Shown here: one piece after another, positions 18,435 through 27,751 of the stretch
Position numbering within the stretch: position 1 is the stretch's first letter
Layout of the letters: every line of letters begins with the position of its first letter
From: Candidatus Ryanbacteria bacterium RIFCSPLOWO2_12_FULL_44_26
GTDB lineage: Bacteria; Patescibacteriota; Minisyncoccia; Ryanbacterales; HO2-45-13
Reading direction: 5' to 3'
DNA length: 64,000 nucleotides
NCBI GenBank assembly: GCA_001821765.1
Contig: MHOA01000008.1
Location: forward strand, 167-64,166
Notes under the pieces: model-generated
What the model saw: the letters and a program-made list of their open reading frames with translations, nothing else
The model's database searches: none
What the model was told of the DNA's origin: nothing
Position numbers and translations under genes: made by a program

Positions 18435-18899
18435 ATGTTTCTGACAAAAAAACGAAAAAAAAGAAAAGGACAAAAAGCTGGGTTTACGCTTTTATACTCC
18501 CTTATTATTACAAGTATTATACTCGTCATTAATGCCGGAATTTTCAGTATTATTATAAAAGAAACACAATTTGCCGGTCTTGGAAGAGAGTCCCAATTTG
18601 CGTACTACGCAGCTGAATCTGGTGCAGAGTGCGCCTTTTACTGGGATGCCAAACAATCCTCCTTTGACTCACCCCATACCATCACCTGCAATCAAGACAG
18701 CAATAACCCCTCCAATTCCTTTGCGGTCGGCAACTCATCCATAAGCACCTTTACTATTACATTTCTGCCCAAGTCCTACTGCACCGAAGTGAAAGTAAAT
18801 AAATCGAATCCGGTCAAGACAGTCATTGAATCACGCGGATATAATACTTGCGATACGTCAGCAAACAGGATAGAAAGAGGGGTGCGGATAGAATATTAA
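18435..18899 (+). CDS. Pilin-like protein (minor pilin/pseudopilin candidate).
   Basis: Basic leader MFLTKKRKKRKGQKAG|FTLLYSLIITSIILV. Size is 154 aa. Cys residues sit near the C-terminus. Confidence 0.5.
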   Translation: MFLTKKRKKRKGQKAGFTLLYSLIITSIILVINAGIFSIIIKETQFAGLGRESQFAYYAAESGAECAFYWDAKQSSFDSPHTITCNQDSNNPSNSFAVGNSSISTFTITFLPKSYCTEVKVNKSNPVKTVIESRGYNTCDTSANRIERGVRIEY

Positions 18900-18925
18900 T
18901 ACTGCTTTACCGTACAGCAAAAACA

Positions 18926-19624
18926 TCAAACGACATCAGCAAGCACAAGAGTTTCTTTGACATGCTTGGCGATTTTTGACGGGCACTTTTCTATTGGAAC
19001 ATTCTCATCCCGAAACCGATCAAAAGCGCTTTTCTTTTCTTTTCCGAAAAAAAGAAATATCCCCCGTTCTGACCTGCCCAAAAGCTTCCCCGAGGCACTC
19101 ATTCTTTTAGGAGGCGGCTTTGGCGAATTCTCCACAGTAATAAAATATTCGGAGTCATCGCTCACAGATGCATGATTTGGGAAAAGCGACGCAACATGCC
19201 CATCTTCCCCTACGCCCAACAAAACAATGTCAAAGCTGTTGCCGTAGCGCAAAAACAGTTCCGTATAAGCGCGTACTCCGCCGTCAGCCGCTAAACTGTT
19301 ATATATAAATGGGTGTATATTTTTCTCCGAAAGTTTTCTTTTCTCCGTCAAAACATCAAGAAACCCTTCCTTCGCGTTTTTATAGTTACTTTCATCGTCT
19401 TTAGGCGATACAAATCGTTCGTCCACCCAAAAAATGTGCACGGTATTCCATGGAATGCGGGATTGTTGCAGCAGTTTTAAAACACCTTGAACAGATCGCC
19501 CACCGGAAATTCCGAGCACAGCATTTTCTTTTCTTTTTAAAACATCTCGAACGCCTGTTTCTATAAACCTGACGGCCTGTGTTTCAAGATCTGATCTTTT
19601 AGCTTCGATTATTTGTATACTCAT
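18926..19624 (-). CDS. pgl: 6-phosphogluconolactonase / glucosamine-6-phosphate isomerase family protein.
   Basis: GISGGRS...W..VHIFWVDERFV is the Pgl/NagB family pattern. Size is 232 aa. Confidence 0.65.
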   Translation of the reverse strand: MSIQIIEAKRSDLETQAVRFIETGVRDVLKRKENAVLGISGGRSVQGVLKLLQQSRIPWNTVHIFWVDERFVSPKDDESNYKNAKEGFLDVLTEKRKLSEKNIHPFIYNSLAADGGVRAYTELFLRYGNSFDIVLLGVGEDGHVASLFPNHASVSDDSEYFITVENSPKPPPKRMSASGKLLGRSERGIFLFFGKEKKSAFDRFRDENVPIEKCPSKIAKHVKETLVLADVV

Positions 19625-19764
19625 GCTTTTTTACTTGCGCAAGCCATAGACCAAGCGCTTAAAAGTGCAGATATTATAGGTTATTTGCTGTATGATTTAT
19701 AACTTGATGAAAAACAAAAGCAAAATTGGCGGTAATTTTTTTATTCTTCTCAACTTAAAAAAAT

Positions 19765-19792
19765 GGGTCGGACCACTGCCCGTAGCCGACCC
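19765..19792 (-). terminator. Intrinsic terminator for the lipoprotein gene.
   Basis: On the minus strand, GGGTCGG-N13-CCGACCC is followed by TTTTTTT. Confidence 0.7.
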
Positions 19793-19827
19793 ATAACGAA
19801 CCTCTGCTATCCTTTACAGCATGATCT

Positions 19828-20199
19828 TTACGAGAAGTCGTGCAACTCAAATTTGCCATCTTTTATGATTGTGACTCGCAGGAAGTCAGGTAAGAAATGC
19901 TGCACGACTATGATCTCGCGCGGTACGACTTTGATAGTTTTCCTGAAGTTCTGCGGGATCTTGTCTTGATCATAACCTCCATTGCCGGGAGTGATCGAGA
20001 ACGAGATCTCGTAGGATCCTTTCTCGTAGAACCGAAAGATCAAGCGGTCATTGATGCCCCGTACATAATTCTGCCTGTACTCAATGACAACGGCACCGTC
20101 GAAATACGAACTCTTGGTGAAGTATTCCGCTGGACCGCTGTATCCTACTAGAAACGTGATTCCAATGCATCCCGCAAACAGCGACAGATTCCGAAGCAT
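19828..20199 (-). CDS. Putative lipoprotein, hypothetical.
   Basis: The start MLRNLSLFAGCIG carries a lipobox-like LFAGC. A strong SD (AAGGAGG) lies 6 nt upstream of ATG 20199. The ORF-track N-terminal extension is not supported. Confidence 0.55.
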   Translation of the reverse strand: MLRNLSLFAGCIGITFLVGYSGPAEYFTKSSYFDGAVVIEYRQNYVRGINDRLIFRFYEKGSYEISFSITPGNGGYDQDKIPQNFRKTIKVVPREIIVVQHFLPDFLRVTIIKDGKFELHDFS

Positions 20200-20592
20200 T
20201 GTTGCCTCCTTTCGAGGTTCAATTTTTGCTGTCACACTTTGCAACAGCTGTTATCGGATGTGATACCGATAATGAGTAATACTAGCATAGCCACATCAGC
20301 ATATCAAGGATCAGCATCGAGCCGCTTCTTAAAAAAATCTTATAAAAAACCTCTTTTGCCACTATTGACCCTTCGATTTTGATCAGGGTCAATCCTAGGC
20401 CCGTCGAATGGATTGATAGATCCATTTCCTTTTCGACAAAAAAGCTCTTTCAAATCCTAGCCGAGCGGCGGCTTTACCGCTACGAGACTTCCTTTGTCCA
20501 CTTGCGAAATCCTGACTGGCGGTGTCTGTTTGAAAATATCCGAACGGAACTGGTGTGTATCCGCGCAATGTATTATAGTGCTTGATTTGCTG

Positions 20593-21273
20593 CTATTCCT
20601 TAACGATTTTGAAATTAAACAAAGGTGTTTTGAGCGCACCCCACAGTCGCAACCAAATCGGCAGGAGCATTTCGGTGCCGCGCGCGGTGGTGATATCGCC
20701 GAGATCAATAATATTCTTCCACCCGTAGCTTTTCGCAATCTCGGCAACCTTGGCTTTTGCGTCAGCATCATTACCGCATATAAAAAGATCGTGGTCTGCC
20801 TTTGCTAGTTGCGCTGGATTCACTTGCAAATACGCGTTCAGTGTATTGAATGTCTTAACAACTTTGGTATCCGGCAGGGCTTTTTGGATTTGCTCGCCTA
20901 AAGAATCAGTGTTGCAAACTGAAAGAAACGGCGGCATACCTTGAGAGAAATCTAATGGATTGGCAATATCAACAAGAATTTTACTGGCAAGCTCGGATTT
21001 GAGCATAGAAAGCACAGATACCGCCACCTCGCCTTTGAGCGCATCAAACACTATATCGGCGTCTTTTGCCACGTCTCTAAAAGTAGCAAGTGTTATGTCT
21101 TGGTGATCTTTGTGCCACTCGGCAAACGGTGGATTGCCCATGGCATCTTTTTTAATGTTGGCACGCGTCTTTTCAATATCCTGTGTGCCGAGCATGACTG
21201 TGTGACCAAGCTCCGCGAGGCGCGTGGCATGAATCCTACCTACCATCCCTGTTCCTAAAATTCCGATTTTCAC
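20593..21273 (-). CDS. NAD(P)-binding Rossmann-fold oxidoreductase (NADPH-dependent F420 reductase / ProC-like family).
   Basis: MKIGILGTGMVGRIHATRLAELGH is the dinucleotide-binding motif. Its length and overall similarity fit the F420_oxidored family. Confidence 0.55.
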   Translation of the reverse strand: MKIGILGTGMVGRIHATRLAELGHTVMLGTQDIEKTRANIKKDAMGNPPFAEWHKDHQDITLATFRDVAKDADIVFDALKGEVAVSVLSMLKSELASKILVDIANPLDFSQGMPPFLSVCNTDSLGEQIQKALPDTKVVKTFNTLNAYLQVNPAQLAKADHDLFICGNDADAKAKVAEIAKSYGWKNIIDLGDITTARGTEMLLPIWLRLWGALKTPLFNFKIVKE

Positions 21274-21286
21274 AAGATTATTTTAT

Positions 21287-21679
21287 TTACTGCTCCGTTG
21301 TTTGTCCATTAAAATGCTCTTCTTTTTCTTCGGCTTTGGTTGTATGAATCGTACCGTCTTTATGTTCAGGCGGAGAATACACCGTATATAGTTTCAATTC
21401 CTTATTGCCGGTATTTATGATGTTGTGCCATGTTCCTGCTGGGATAATGATGGCGTAATCATCATGAAGCTCGTACTCTTCAGAATTGTTCAAAATAGCT
21501 TTTGCATCGCCCCGCTCTATGCGAATGAATTGATCAAGCTTATGCATCTCGTTACCTATTTCATCGCCAGGCCGAATATTCATCAAGACTAGTTGTGAAT
21601 TTTTCGCGGTATAAAGTACGCGACGATAGTCTGTGTTTTTAAGGGTTTTTTCTTCAATGTTTGTTATATATCCCTTCAT
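21287..21679 (-). CDS. Cupin-domain protein.
   Basis: 130 aa. GDEIGNEMHKLDQFIRIERG...AIIIPAGTWHNIINTG is a cupin-type metal-binding pattern. Confidence 0.6.
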   Translation of the reverse strand: MKGYITNIEEKTLKNTDYRRVLYTAKNSQLVLMNIRPGDEIGNEMHKLDQFIRIERGDAKAILNNSEEYELHDDYAIIIPAGTWHNIINTGNKELKLYTVYSPPEHKDGTIHTTKAEEKEEHFNGQTTEQ

Positions 21680-21840
21680 GGTGTTATGAATTTAATTTAA
21701 CTATATGGACTCGACTTTTCCATAATTATACAAATCTTCTCATTATTTTATTAAATCTTTCATTGAACATCAAGTTTTTCTTTGGCGGAATACAGATTCG
21801 AGCGTGCGGAGCACGCACAGTAGTTCTTTGTAAAAAAAGA

Positions 21841-21863
21841 GTGGCGAGGATTTTCCTCGCCAC
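21841..21863 (-). terminator. Intrinsic terminator for the HD-like gene.
   Basis: GTGGCGAGG-ATTTT-CCTCGCCAC, with a T-run after the hairpin on the minus strand. Confidence 0.75.
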
Positions 21864-21875
21864 CGTGAAGCGACT

Positions 21876-22459
21876 TCAGTCGCGGACTCGTCTGGCGCCG
21901 AGCCAAGGATCGTTCTCCTGCAAAGGATGGTCAAACCAAAGACGGCCACTAGCCACATCGCACATATGGGCGGCGCAAGCGAGCGGACCCATAACACGAT
22001 GACGATTCGAATAGTCGTTCAATTCGCCCTCGATATACTTCATGCCGTTCTCCTGTTCGGGAGTAAATACGACACCGTATTCGGTGAGCTTCGCCATTCG
22101 GAAACGCTGATGGTCTTTCTTGTTCTGCATAGTTGCCTTGTAATGAAACTGACCATCATCGCGAAACTCGTATTTCCACGGCTTCTCGACATCGTGCAAA
22201 TACACCACGAGAAGCAAATCCGAAAGGGAAAACGGCAGAGGACGAATAAAGCCCAACCGCTCATAAAGAACAACTGCAATGTTCATAATTTCCTGAACAT
22301 GATCGAAGTAGCCGCCGGGCCAATCCTGGTGATTGTTAGTAGAACCCTGTACCGTCTGGAACAGTCTTCGATTGTCCGTGAGGATTCGAGTGCAGGCAGA
22401 ACGGTTGGGCTCGTCAATCATTTCGAGCATTTGTTCTATTGTGTAGTAATTCGGCTTCA
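21876..22459 (-). CDS. Hypothetical protein, possible HD-domain phosphohydrolase.
   Basis: The start MKPNYY has a strong SD (AAGGAGGT). H...YLHDVEKP...AAHMCD suggests an HD fold, but this assignment is weak. Confidence 0.45.
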
Positions 22460-22579
22460 TGAGACCTCCTTTTGATGACAATGAGCTTATTGTGATGTTA
22501 TAAAAAAATGTTCTAAAAATCAAATGAAAACAGAACCCCCTTCAAGTTTCTATTTTTAAGAAATCATTCTGAAAAATTG

Positions 22580-22631
22580 CCCCTACAAAATATGCTTCGA
22601 GCCGATTTGTTTCAGGTTCTTTGGCGGTTTG
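22580..22631. repeat. Copy 1 of a ~52-bp intergenic direct repeat (47/52 identical to 23950-24001).
   Basis: CCCCTACAAAATATGCTTCGAGCCGATTTGTTTCAGGTTCTTTGGCGGTTTG. It lies just downstream of the Hint gene stop and ~120 nt upstream of the HD-like gene start. Confidence 0.85.
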
Positions 22632-22643
22632 TCTTTGAGGCTT

Positions 22644-23927
22644 TTAATGAAGCGTACTATCGAAAAGAATACCATTGGCCCAATAGAATCCGGTTTCGCC
22701 AGACGGCAGTATATCGTGTGTTGCGTCTTTACCGTAAGGAACGCGCTCGGCGCTTACAACAGAAACGCCATCGTACAGGTCGCCGGGCGCAAGATTGCCA
22801 ACAGTGCGTCCATCGATGAGAGGATGTCCGGGAGAAACGAACAACTCCCGGCCATCATCAAGAACCAAGTGAACCATTTGATGATTTAATGCAACCGGCA
22901 CCCTGCTGGTTTTAACGACAATTCCGGCGACACGCTCACCAGACTTGTTGATTGTCCAAACTGATGTTCCTTTCTGTAATTGTTGTACCGGAACCGCACC
23001 AAAAGGTGTATCAATCAATGTATTTAGAGTAAGACATATAGGACAAGGCCGAATATATCCTTTAAGTTGGCAGAAATAAGGGGGAGGGGGCTCGCCTGGA
23101 TACCCAACTGGCGAACCACAACCTTGTACACATTCATAATCTGATGGACAACTTGTATCGCTTGGGCCATTACACTGCCTTCCAACCGGACTAGCACAAA
23201 TATTTTTATGACATAAATTTCCTGCAACACAATCCAAATCTACACTGCACCGATTGCCTTCTTTCAATTTGCACTCTCCTTTTATTACAGTATGAGTGGG
23301 TACGCATGACGGGTCATTCTCTGGGCAAGCGGTTCCAATGCTCTGTGTTTCCTCGCAAATATATTGCTGGGAAGGACAATCAGAATCCTTTTTGCATTCA
23401 GTAACTGGTTGTGGATTTATTGCTGGGCATTTTGCAAATTCACAGTTTTCACCGGTACGGCTCACGTATGATCCATCAGGGCATTGCTTAACTTCTTGGG
23501 TACAGACAAGACCAGTTACTTCCGTCTCTACTTTAAACCCGTGAGATTCCGAAGGAATTTTATTTTTAAGATTCGGCAGATTTCCCAATTCTTTTTCGAG
23601 CATTACTTTAATACAAGGTTCTCCACCACATGCTCCAACTCCAACGCCGACAACGCCCGATTTATCAAGAAACGACTGCGACAAAAGCTCTTTTGCCTGC
23701 TCGATTGTTAATTTTTCAACAAAATGCCTCCCGTCCGGAGTCCAACATTGCCGAGGATAGCTTTCTGCTACAGGATATTCTGCTTTCACACATTCCTCAA
23801 AAGAGTTGATTTCTTTCGCGGGTTTTTGGAAGAAAGTTTGCCGAGTACCAATAAAGTAACCCGCTATGACAGCAAATATCACTATCCCAATAATTATTAT
23901 GATATTTATAAATCCTTTTTGATTCAT
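22644..23927 (-). CDS. Membrane-anchored Cys-rich protein with a C-terminal Hint (Hedgehog/intein-like, BIL-type) domain.
   Basis: N-terminal TM (INIIIIIGIVIFAVIAGYFIG). Multiple C..C..C repeats are present. The C-terminal ~140 aa begins CLTLNTLIDTPFGAVPVQQLQKGTSVWT...VHLVLDDGRELFVSPGHPL and ends ...ANGILFDSTLH, which is the Hint-domain pattern. Confidence 0.6.
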   Translation of the reverse strand: MNQKGFINIIIIIGIVIFAVIAGYFIGTRQTFFQKPAKEINSFEECVKAEYPVAESYPRQCWTPDGRHFVEKLTIEQAKELLSQSFLDKSGVVGVGVGACGGEPCIKVMLEKELGNLPNLKNKIPSESHGFKVETEVTGLVCTQEVKQCPDGSYVSRTGENCEFAKCPAINPQPVTECKKDSDCPSQQYICEETQSIGTACPENDPSCVPTHTVIKGECKLKEGNRCSVDLDCVAGNLCHKNICASPVGRQCNGPSDTSCPSDYECVQGCGSPVGYPGEPPPPYFCQLKGYIRPCPICLTLNTLIDTPFGAVPVQQLQKGTSVWTINKSGERVAGIVVKTSRVPVALNHQMVHLVLDDGRELFVSPGHPLIDGRTVGNLAPGDLYDGVSVVSAERVPYGKDATHDILPSGETGFYWANGILFDSTLH

Positions 23928-23949
23928 AAACTATAAAAAACTTCTTTTA

Positions 23950-24001
23950 CCCCTCTAAAATATGGTTCGAGCCGATTTGTTTCAGGTTCTTTAGCAGTTT
24001 G
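23950..24001. repeat. Copy 2 of the ~52-bp direct repeat, 23 nt upstream of the Hint gene start.
   Basis: CCCCTCTAAAATATGGTTCGAGCCGATTTGTTTCAGGTTCTTTAGCAGTTTG. Confidence 0.85.
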
Positions 24002-24055
24002 GGATGTTCTCGGCTCCGACTTTCATTTTGTCCGCTCACCGAGAAAGTGATAGCG

Positions 24056-24855
24056 TTAGGAATTATCCGTGTATTTCTTTCGCAGGAATTCAGTAAAATT
24101 TCTCATTTCCTGTTGTGTGGTTTTCAAAATTTCTGGAATATGATCTCGTTCCTCCTTTGTTAGTTTATCCCGAAATTGATCTTTCCGATTATTCGGAATA
24201 TAAAATTTCCCGCCTCCGTGAACACGAAAACCCCCAACACTTCTATCTGCAATAATACGCATTTCATCTGTCGCATCTCGCCCATGATAAAACTCCTGTA
24301 GTAAAGTCTCCACTTTTACTAGAAGTTTTTCGTTTTCTTCCTCCCATTTTTTGTACTCTGTAGTTTCCTCTTGTTTTATGATCAATCGGGTTGCCTCCTT
24401 CCAGGCCTCATCATTTTCCGCGTGTAATACCTGATCTACGGTTATTCCGTATTTTTTTGCAACCTGTTCGTATATTTCTTCTTCGTGTTCAAAGCGCCAT
24501 TTCGGTTTGTCAGGAGCCTCCACTTCAACCCACGGAACTGGATATCCGTGTTCTGACTCGCTTTCAAAATGACCCTCACAAGAAGCAGAGGTGGGGATTC
24601 CCATAACATTATACATCGCTACGGTTTCCTTAATGCCTTCATCAACCCCCTTACCCAAGCGATCGCGCCAACTATTAACTTCTTTTATCATCGCTTGTAG
24701 TTTATTCAATTTTTCTGATTCTTGTGAGGGAATTTTTTTGTCTGTTTGCTCTGGTTCCTTGTTCTCAAATTGTGGTGGTCCTTCAGGTTTCATAAAATTA
24801 TTCGCCAATACGCCGCGCGCGAGGAGCATTTCGAGACCTACGCCATCGTTCATTT
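24056..24855 (-). CDS. Hypothetical acidic protein, probable start MNDGVGLEMLL...
   Basis: The ORF-track ORF 24056..25012 reads through tRNA-Ser, so I trimmed it to the first ATG downstream of the tRNA. I recognised no domains. Confidence 0.45.
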
Positions 24856-24928
24856 TCTTCTTCTTCTTCTGCCATTTCCTAACTAGCGGTGTGTACTTAA
24901 AAAAATCCGAATTCTGAATTTTAAAAAT

Positions 24929-25018
24929 TGGCGGAGAGGGTGGGATTTGAACCCACGAGAGACTTGCATCTCTGCTCGCTCTCCAAGCGAGTGCCTTAGA
25001 CCACTCAGCCACCTCTCC
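24929..25018 (-). tRNA. tRNA-Ser (anticodon GGA), type II with a long variable arm, CCA encoded.
   Basis: Reverse complement is GGAGAGG-TG-GCTGAGTGGTCTAAGGC-ACTCGC-TTGGAGA-GCGAG-CAGAGATGCAAGTCTCTC-GTGGGTTCAAATCCCAC-CCTCTCC-G-CCA. Confidence 0.85.
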
Positions 25019-25366
25019 ACTCTAAAGAAAATTAAATTTTCGAGGATCCTCGATTTTGCTATCAAATGCTTTTGAATAAAATCGGGACAAGCGTGTGCAC
25101 GAGACCACTATGCGACCATTCCGGTTTTCATCTCTTTTTAGCACGTTTCTGTATTGTTGTCGAAAGGGTTGACGTGCTTCAGTAGTTTTTAGAAAGTTTT
25201 CTCAACACCGTGCGCGTCGCTTGCGAGTAAGTAGTCCTCATAGCCAAGTATTGTGGCGGGCCGGTAATTCTTGTTGCCTTGATCTTCCCGACCATATGTT
25301 CACGCATCCTATGCTGTAAATCACCCGTTCATTCTTTATAGATAGCGCCATTAGCAAGGAAAAGCG

Positions 25367-26098
25367 CTAAACCACTGGAACTCTTGCCATATCCTTTTTA
25401 TAGAATACACCTCTCATGATAACAAGAAGACCAGCGAGCACCAAAAATGTGGCAACCACCACCATCCAGAAACTTCCGCTCGGCGCGGCGATAAAAGCAA
25501 AAATAGACGCAAACATAAGAATAGCGATACCCGAACCAAGCCAAAACGAACGGCGCACCACAAAAACATCTTCTCTATTTTGAATGCCGTGTCCGATAAA
25601 AAGAAAAGAGGCCAGCCCGGCGGCAAGAACAGCATATACGCCCGTAACCACTCTCATCCATTCTGGGAACACCGGCCTCCAGTATGCATATTGGTCGAAT
25701 AACTCCCGCACCGAAGGTTCAAAAGAAACAATGCGTCCGGCCAGAAACGCAATATTAAATAAAAGCACAAAAAATAAGATTTTCCTCGCAGTGCGTTCCT
25801 TGTTTGAAAGTAAAAAGGGAAAACCCATCATATATCCGATGCTTAAATAAAGGAAAAAATAAGATACAACGTGAAAAATTCCTACCGGAATAGCTCCCGA
25901 TGCATCAATAAACAATAACTGGGATGTCGCGAAAGCAAGATAAAAAATCCCAAAATGAAGATAAAACTTCATAAAGTACTCCTGTGCAGCGCTTTTAAGT
26001 TTTTGGTAGGAAATATAAATCCGCCATGCGATAGCAAGACTTACAATAGCGTTTATCGTGCCAGTAACTGCAACGAGCTGAATTCCTCCGTCAAGCAT
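25367..26098 (-). CDS. Polytopic integral membrane protein, hypothetical.
   Basis: 243 aa with ~7 hydrophobic helices. Confidence 0.55.
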   Translation of the reverse strand: MLDGGIQLVAVTGTINAIVSLAIAWRIYISYQKLKSAAQEYFMKFYLHFGIFYLAFATSQLLFIDASGAIPVGIFHVVSYFFLYLSIGYMMGFPFLLSNKERTARKILFFVLLFNIAFLAGRIVSFEPSVRELFDQYAYWRPVFPEWMRVVTGVYAVLAAGLASFLFIGHGIQNREDVFVVRRSFWLGSGIAILMFASIFAFIAAPSGSFWMVVVATFLVLAGLLVIMRGVFYKKDMARVPVV

Positions 26099-26118
26099 AC
26101 TGCTTTAAAGCGCAATAT

Positions 26119-27018
26119 TTATACCTCAACATTCCGCAACCTCGCCACCCGCTCTTCCATTGGGGGATGCGTCATAAACAATTTGGCAAACCAGTGTGTT
26201 TTTTTCTCACCTTTTGTCGGGTCCGAAAACCACAGATGATTGGTGGCATTATTTACGGCACGAAGAGGAATAGAAACCCGTAAAATTTTTTCAAGTGCGG
26301 CCGCAAGCCCTTCAGGATAACGCGTCAGAAGCGCTCCCGACGCATCTGCCAGAAATTCGCGCTTCCGAGAGATCGCAAGCTGCATAAGCGAGGCAATAAG
26401 CGGGGAAAGAATAGCTAATGCAATTCCTAAGAGAATTACTATCCCGCCGGCGTTATTGCGATTACGGCCTCCAAAACCTCCCCAAAACAATGACCGCAAG
26501 AACATATCAGATAAAAGCGCAATAAACCCCACAAGAATCACAGCCACCGTTGAGACAAGCATGTCGCGATTGCCGATATGACTCATTTCATGGGCAAGAA
26601 CACCTTCTAATTCACTCCTGTCAAGGATGCCCAAAAGCCCTGACGTTACGGCAACAACCGAGTGCTCGGGGTTTCTGCCGGTGGCAAAGGCATTCGGCGA
26701 AGGATCTTCAACAAGAAAAAGCTTCGGCATCGGGAGCCCGGCAGTGATGGAAAGATTCTCAACAATATTGTAAAGCTCCGGCACTGTTTTTTTATCAACC
26801 GGCTTTGCCTTTGCCATCTTGATCACAATCTTATCCGAATACCAATAAGAAGTAATGCTCATGAGAACGCTGAAAAGAACAGCGATATACAAAATGGCCG
26901 GGGATCTATACACATAGGAAAAACCAAAGCCAATGCCAATAACCACGGTAAAAAAAACAAAAAACAACAGCCACGTCTTGCGAATGTTTCTGTCTTTGTG
27001 CGTATATAAAGAAGGCAT
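26119..27018 (-). CDS. htpX: Zinc metalloprotease HtpX (M48 family).
   Basis: HEMSH...E zinc-binding motif, N-terminal TM helices, size 299 aa. It is adjacent to lemA. Confidence 0.9.
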   Translation of the reverse strand: MPSLYTHKDRNIRKTWLLFFVFFTVVIGIGFGFSYVYRSPAILYIAVLFSVLMSITSYWYSDKIVIKMAKAKPVDKKTVPELYNIVENLSITAGLPMPKLFLVEDPSPNAFATGRNPEHSVVAVTSGLLGILDRSELEGVLAHEMSHIGNRDMLVSTVAVILVGFIALLSDMFLRSLFWGGFGGRNRNNAGGIVILLGIALAILSPLIASLMQLAISRKREFLADASGALLTRYPEGLAAALEKILRVSIPLRAVNNATNHLWFSDPTKGEKKTHWFAKLFMTHPPMEERVARLRNVEV

Positions 27019-27140
27019 CGCTGTAATTTTTAATTATTCCAATTCATCTAATAAACTCCCCATCCTCAACATCAGATGACCTAAGACATAAGAACAATTG
27101 AACATGAGGTCCGTTGGGTTAATTCGGTAAAGTCTTGCAT

Positions 27141-27695
27141 TCAAAACTCTACCTTTACCGGTTCTCGTTCAATTTCTTCTTCCGTTTGGAAAAATTCGGC
27201 TCTGTGAAACTTAAACAAGCGGGCAACGATATTGGAAGGGAAAAACCCAACCTTATTATTTAATTCCTTGACTACGGTATTGTAAAAACGACGGGCTGAC
27301 TGGATTTTATTTTCGGTATCGGCAAGCTCCCGCTGGAGATCTAAAAAATTGGCATTGGCCTTTAAATCCGGATAATTTTCAGCAACCGCAAACAAAGTTT
27401 TTAGCGTATTGGAAAGCATATTCTCGGCTTCAGCGCGATCAGTGCCTGTTTTCGCAGCGGCTGTCTGGGCGCGTGCCGCTGTTACCTTTTCAAAAACTTC
27501 CCTTTCATGAGTCATGTATCCCTTTACTGTTTCAACAAGGTTTGGAATAAGGTTAAATCTGCGCTTCAGCTGTACCTCAATATCAGACCAGCCCTCCTCC
27601 ACGCGGTTGCGAAGACGGATAAAAGTGTTATAGGAAAGCACAACCCATAAAATTAACACTACTACTACGGCAATTGCAATATAAAACACCGTCAT
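27141..27695 (-). CDS. lemA: LemA family protein.
   Basis: N-terminal TM followed by [39 protein letters not shown], which is the LemA signature. Confidence 0.85.
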   Translation of the reverse strand: MTVFYIAIAVVVVLILWVVLSYNTFIRLRNRVEEGWSDIEVQLKRRFNLIPNLVETVKGYMTHEREVFEKVTAARAQTAAAKTGTDRAEAENMLSNTLKTLFAVAENYPDLKANANFLDLQRELADTENKIQSARRFYNTVVKELNNKVGFFPSNIVARLFKFHRAEFFQTEEEIEREPVKVEF

Positions 27696-27751
27696 AACAT
27701 TATTTTAAGATTAAGCAATAATTGCTTTTCCATTATAACACTCCATTCGGC

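Noticed and set aside
21876-22523. N-terminal 21 aa of ORF-track ORF (MIFRTFFYNITISSLSSKGGL).
   Set aside because: The internal ATG at 22459 (MKPNYY) has a strong AAGGAGGT Shine-Dalgarno, so the extension is unsupported.
22577-22819. 80-aa plus-strand ORF starting inside repeat copy 1 (MPLQNMLRADLFQVLWRF...).
   Set aside because: It is antisense to the Hint gene, and the equivalent frame in repeat copy 2 hits a stop after 10 codons. The repeat is therefore non-coding.
24056-25012. ORF-track ORF whose N-terminus (MAEWSKALAWRASRDASLSWVQIPPSPP) extends through 24929-25018.
   Set aside because: That stretch is the translation of tRNA-Ser(GGA), a classic tRNA read-through artefact. The CDS is trimmed to start at MNDGVGL (24855).
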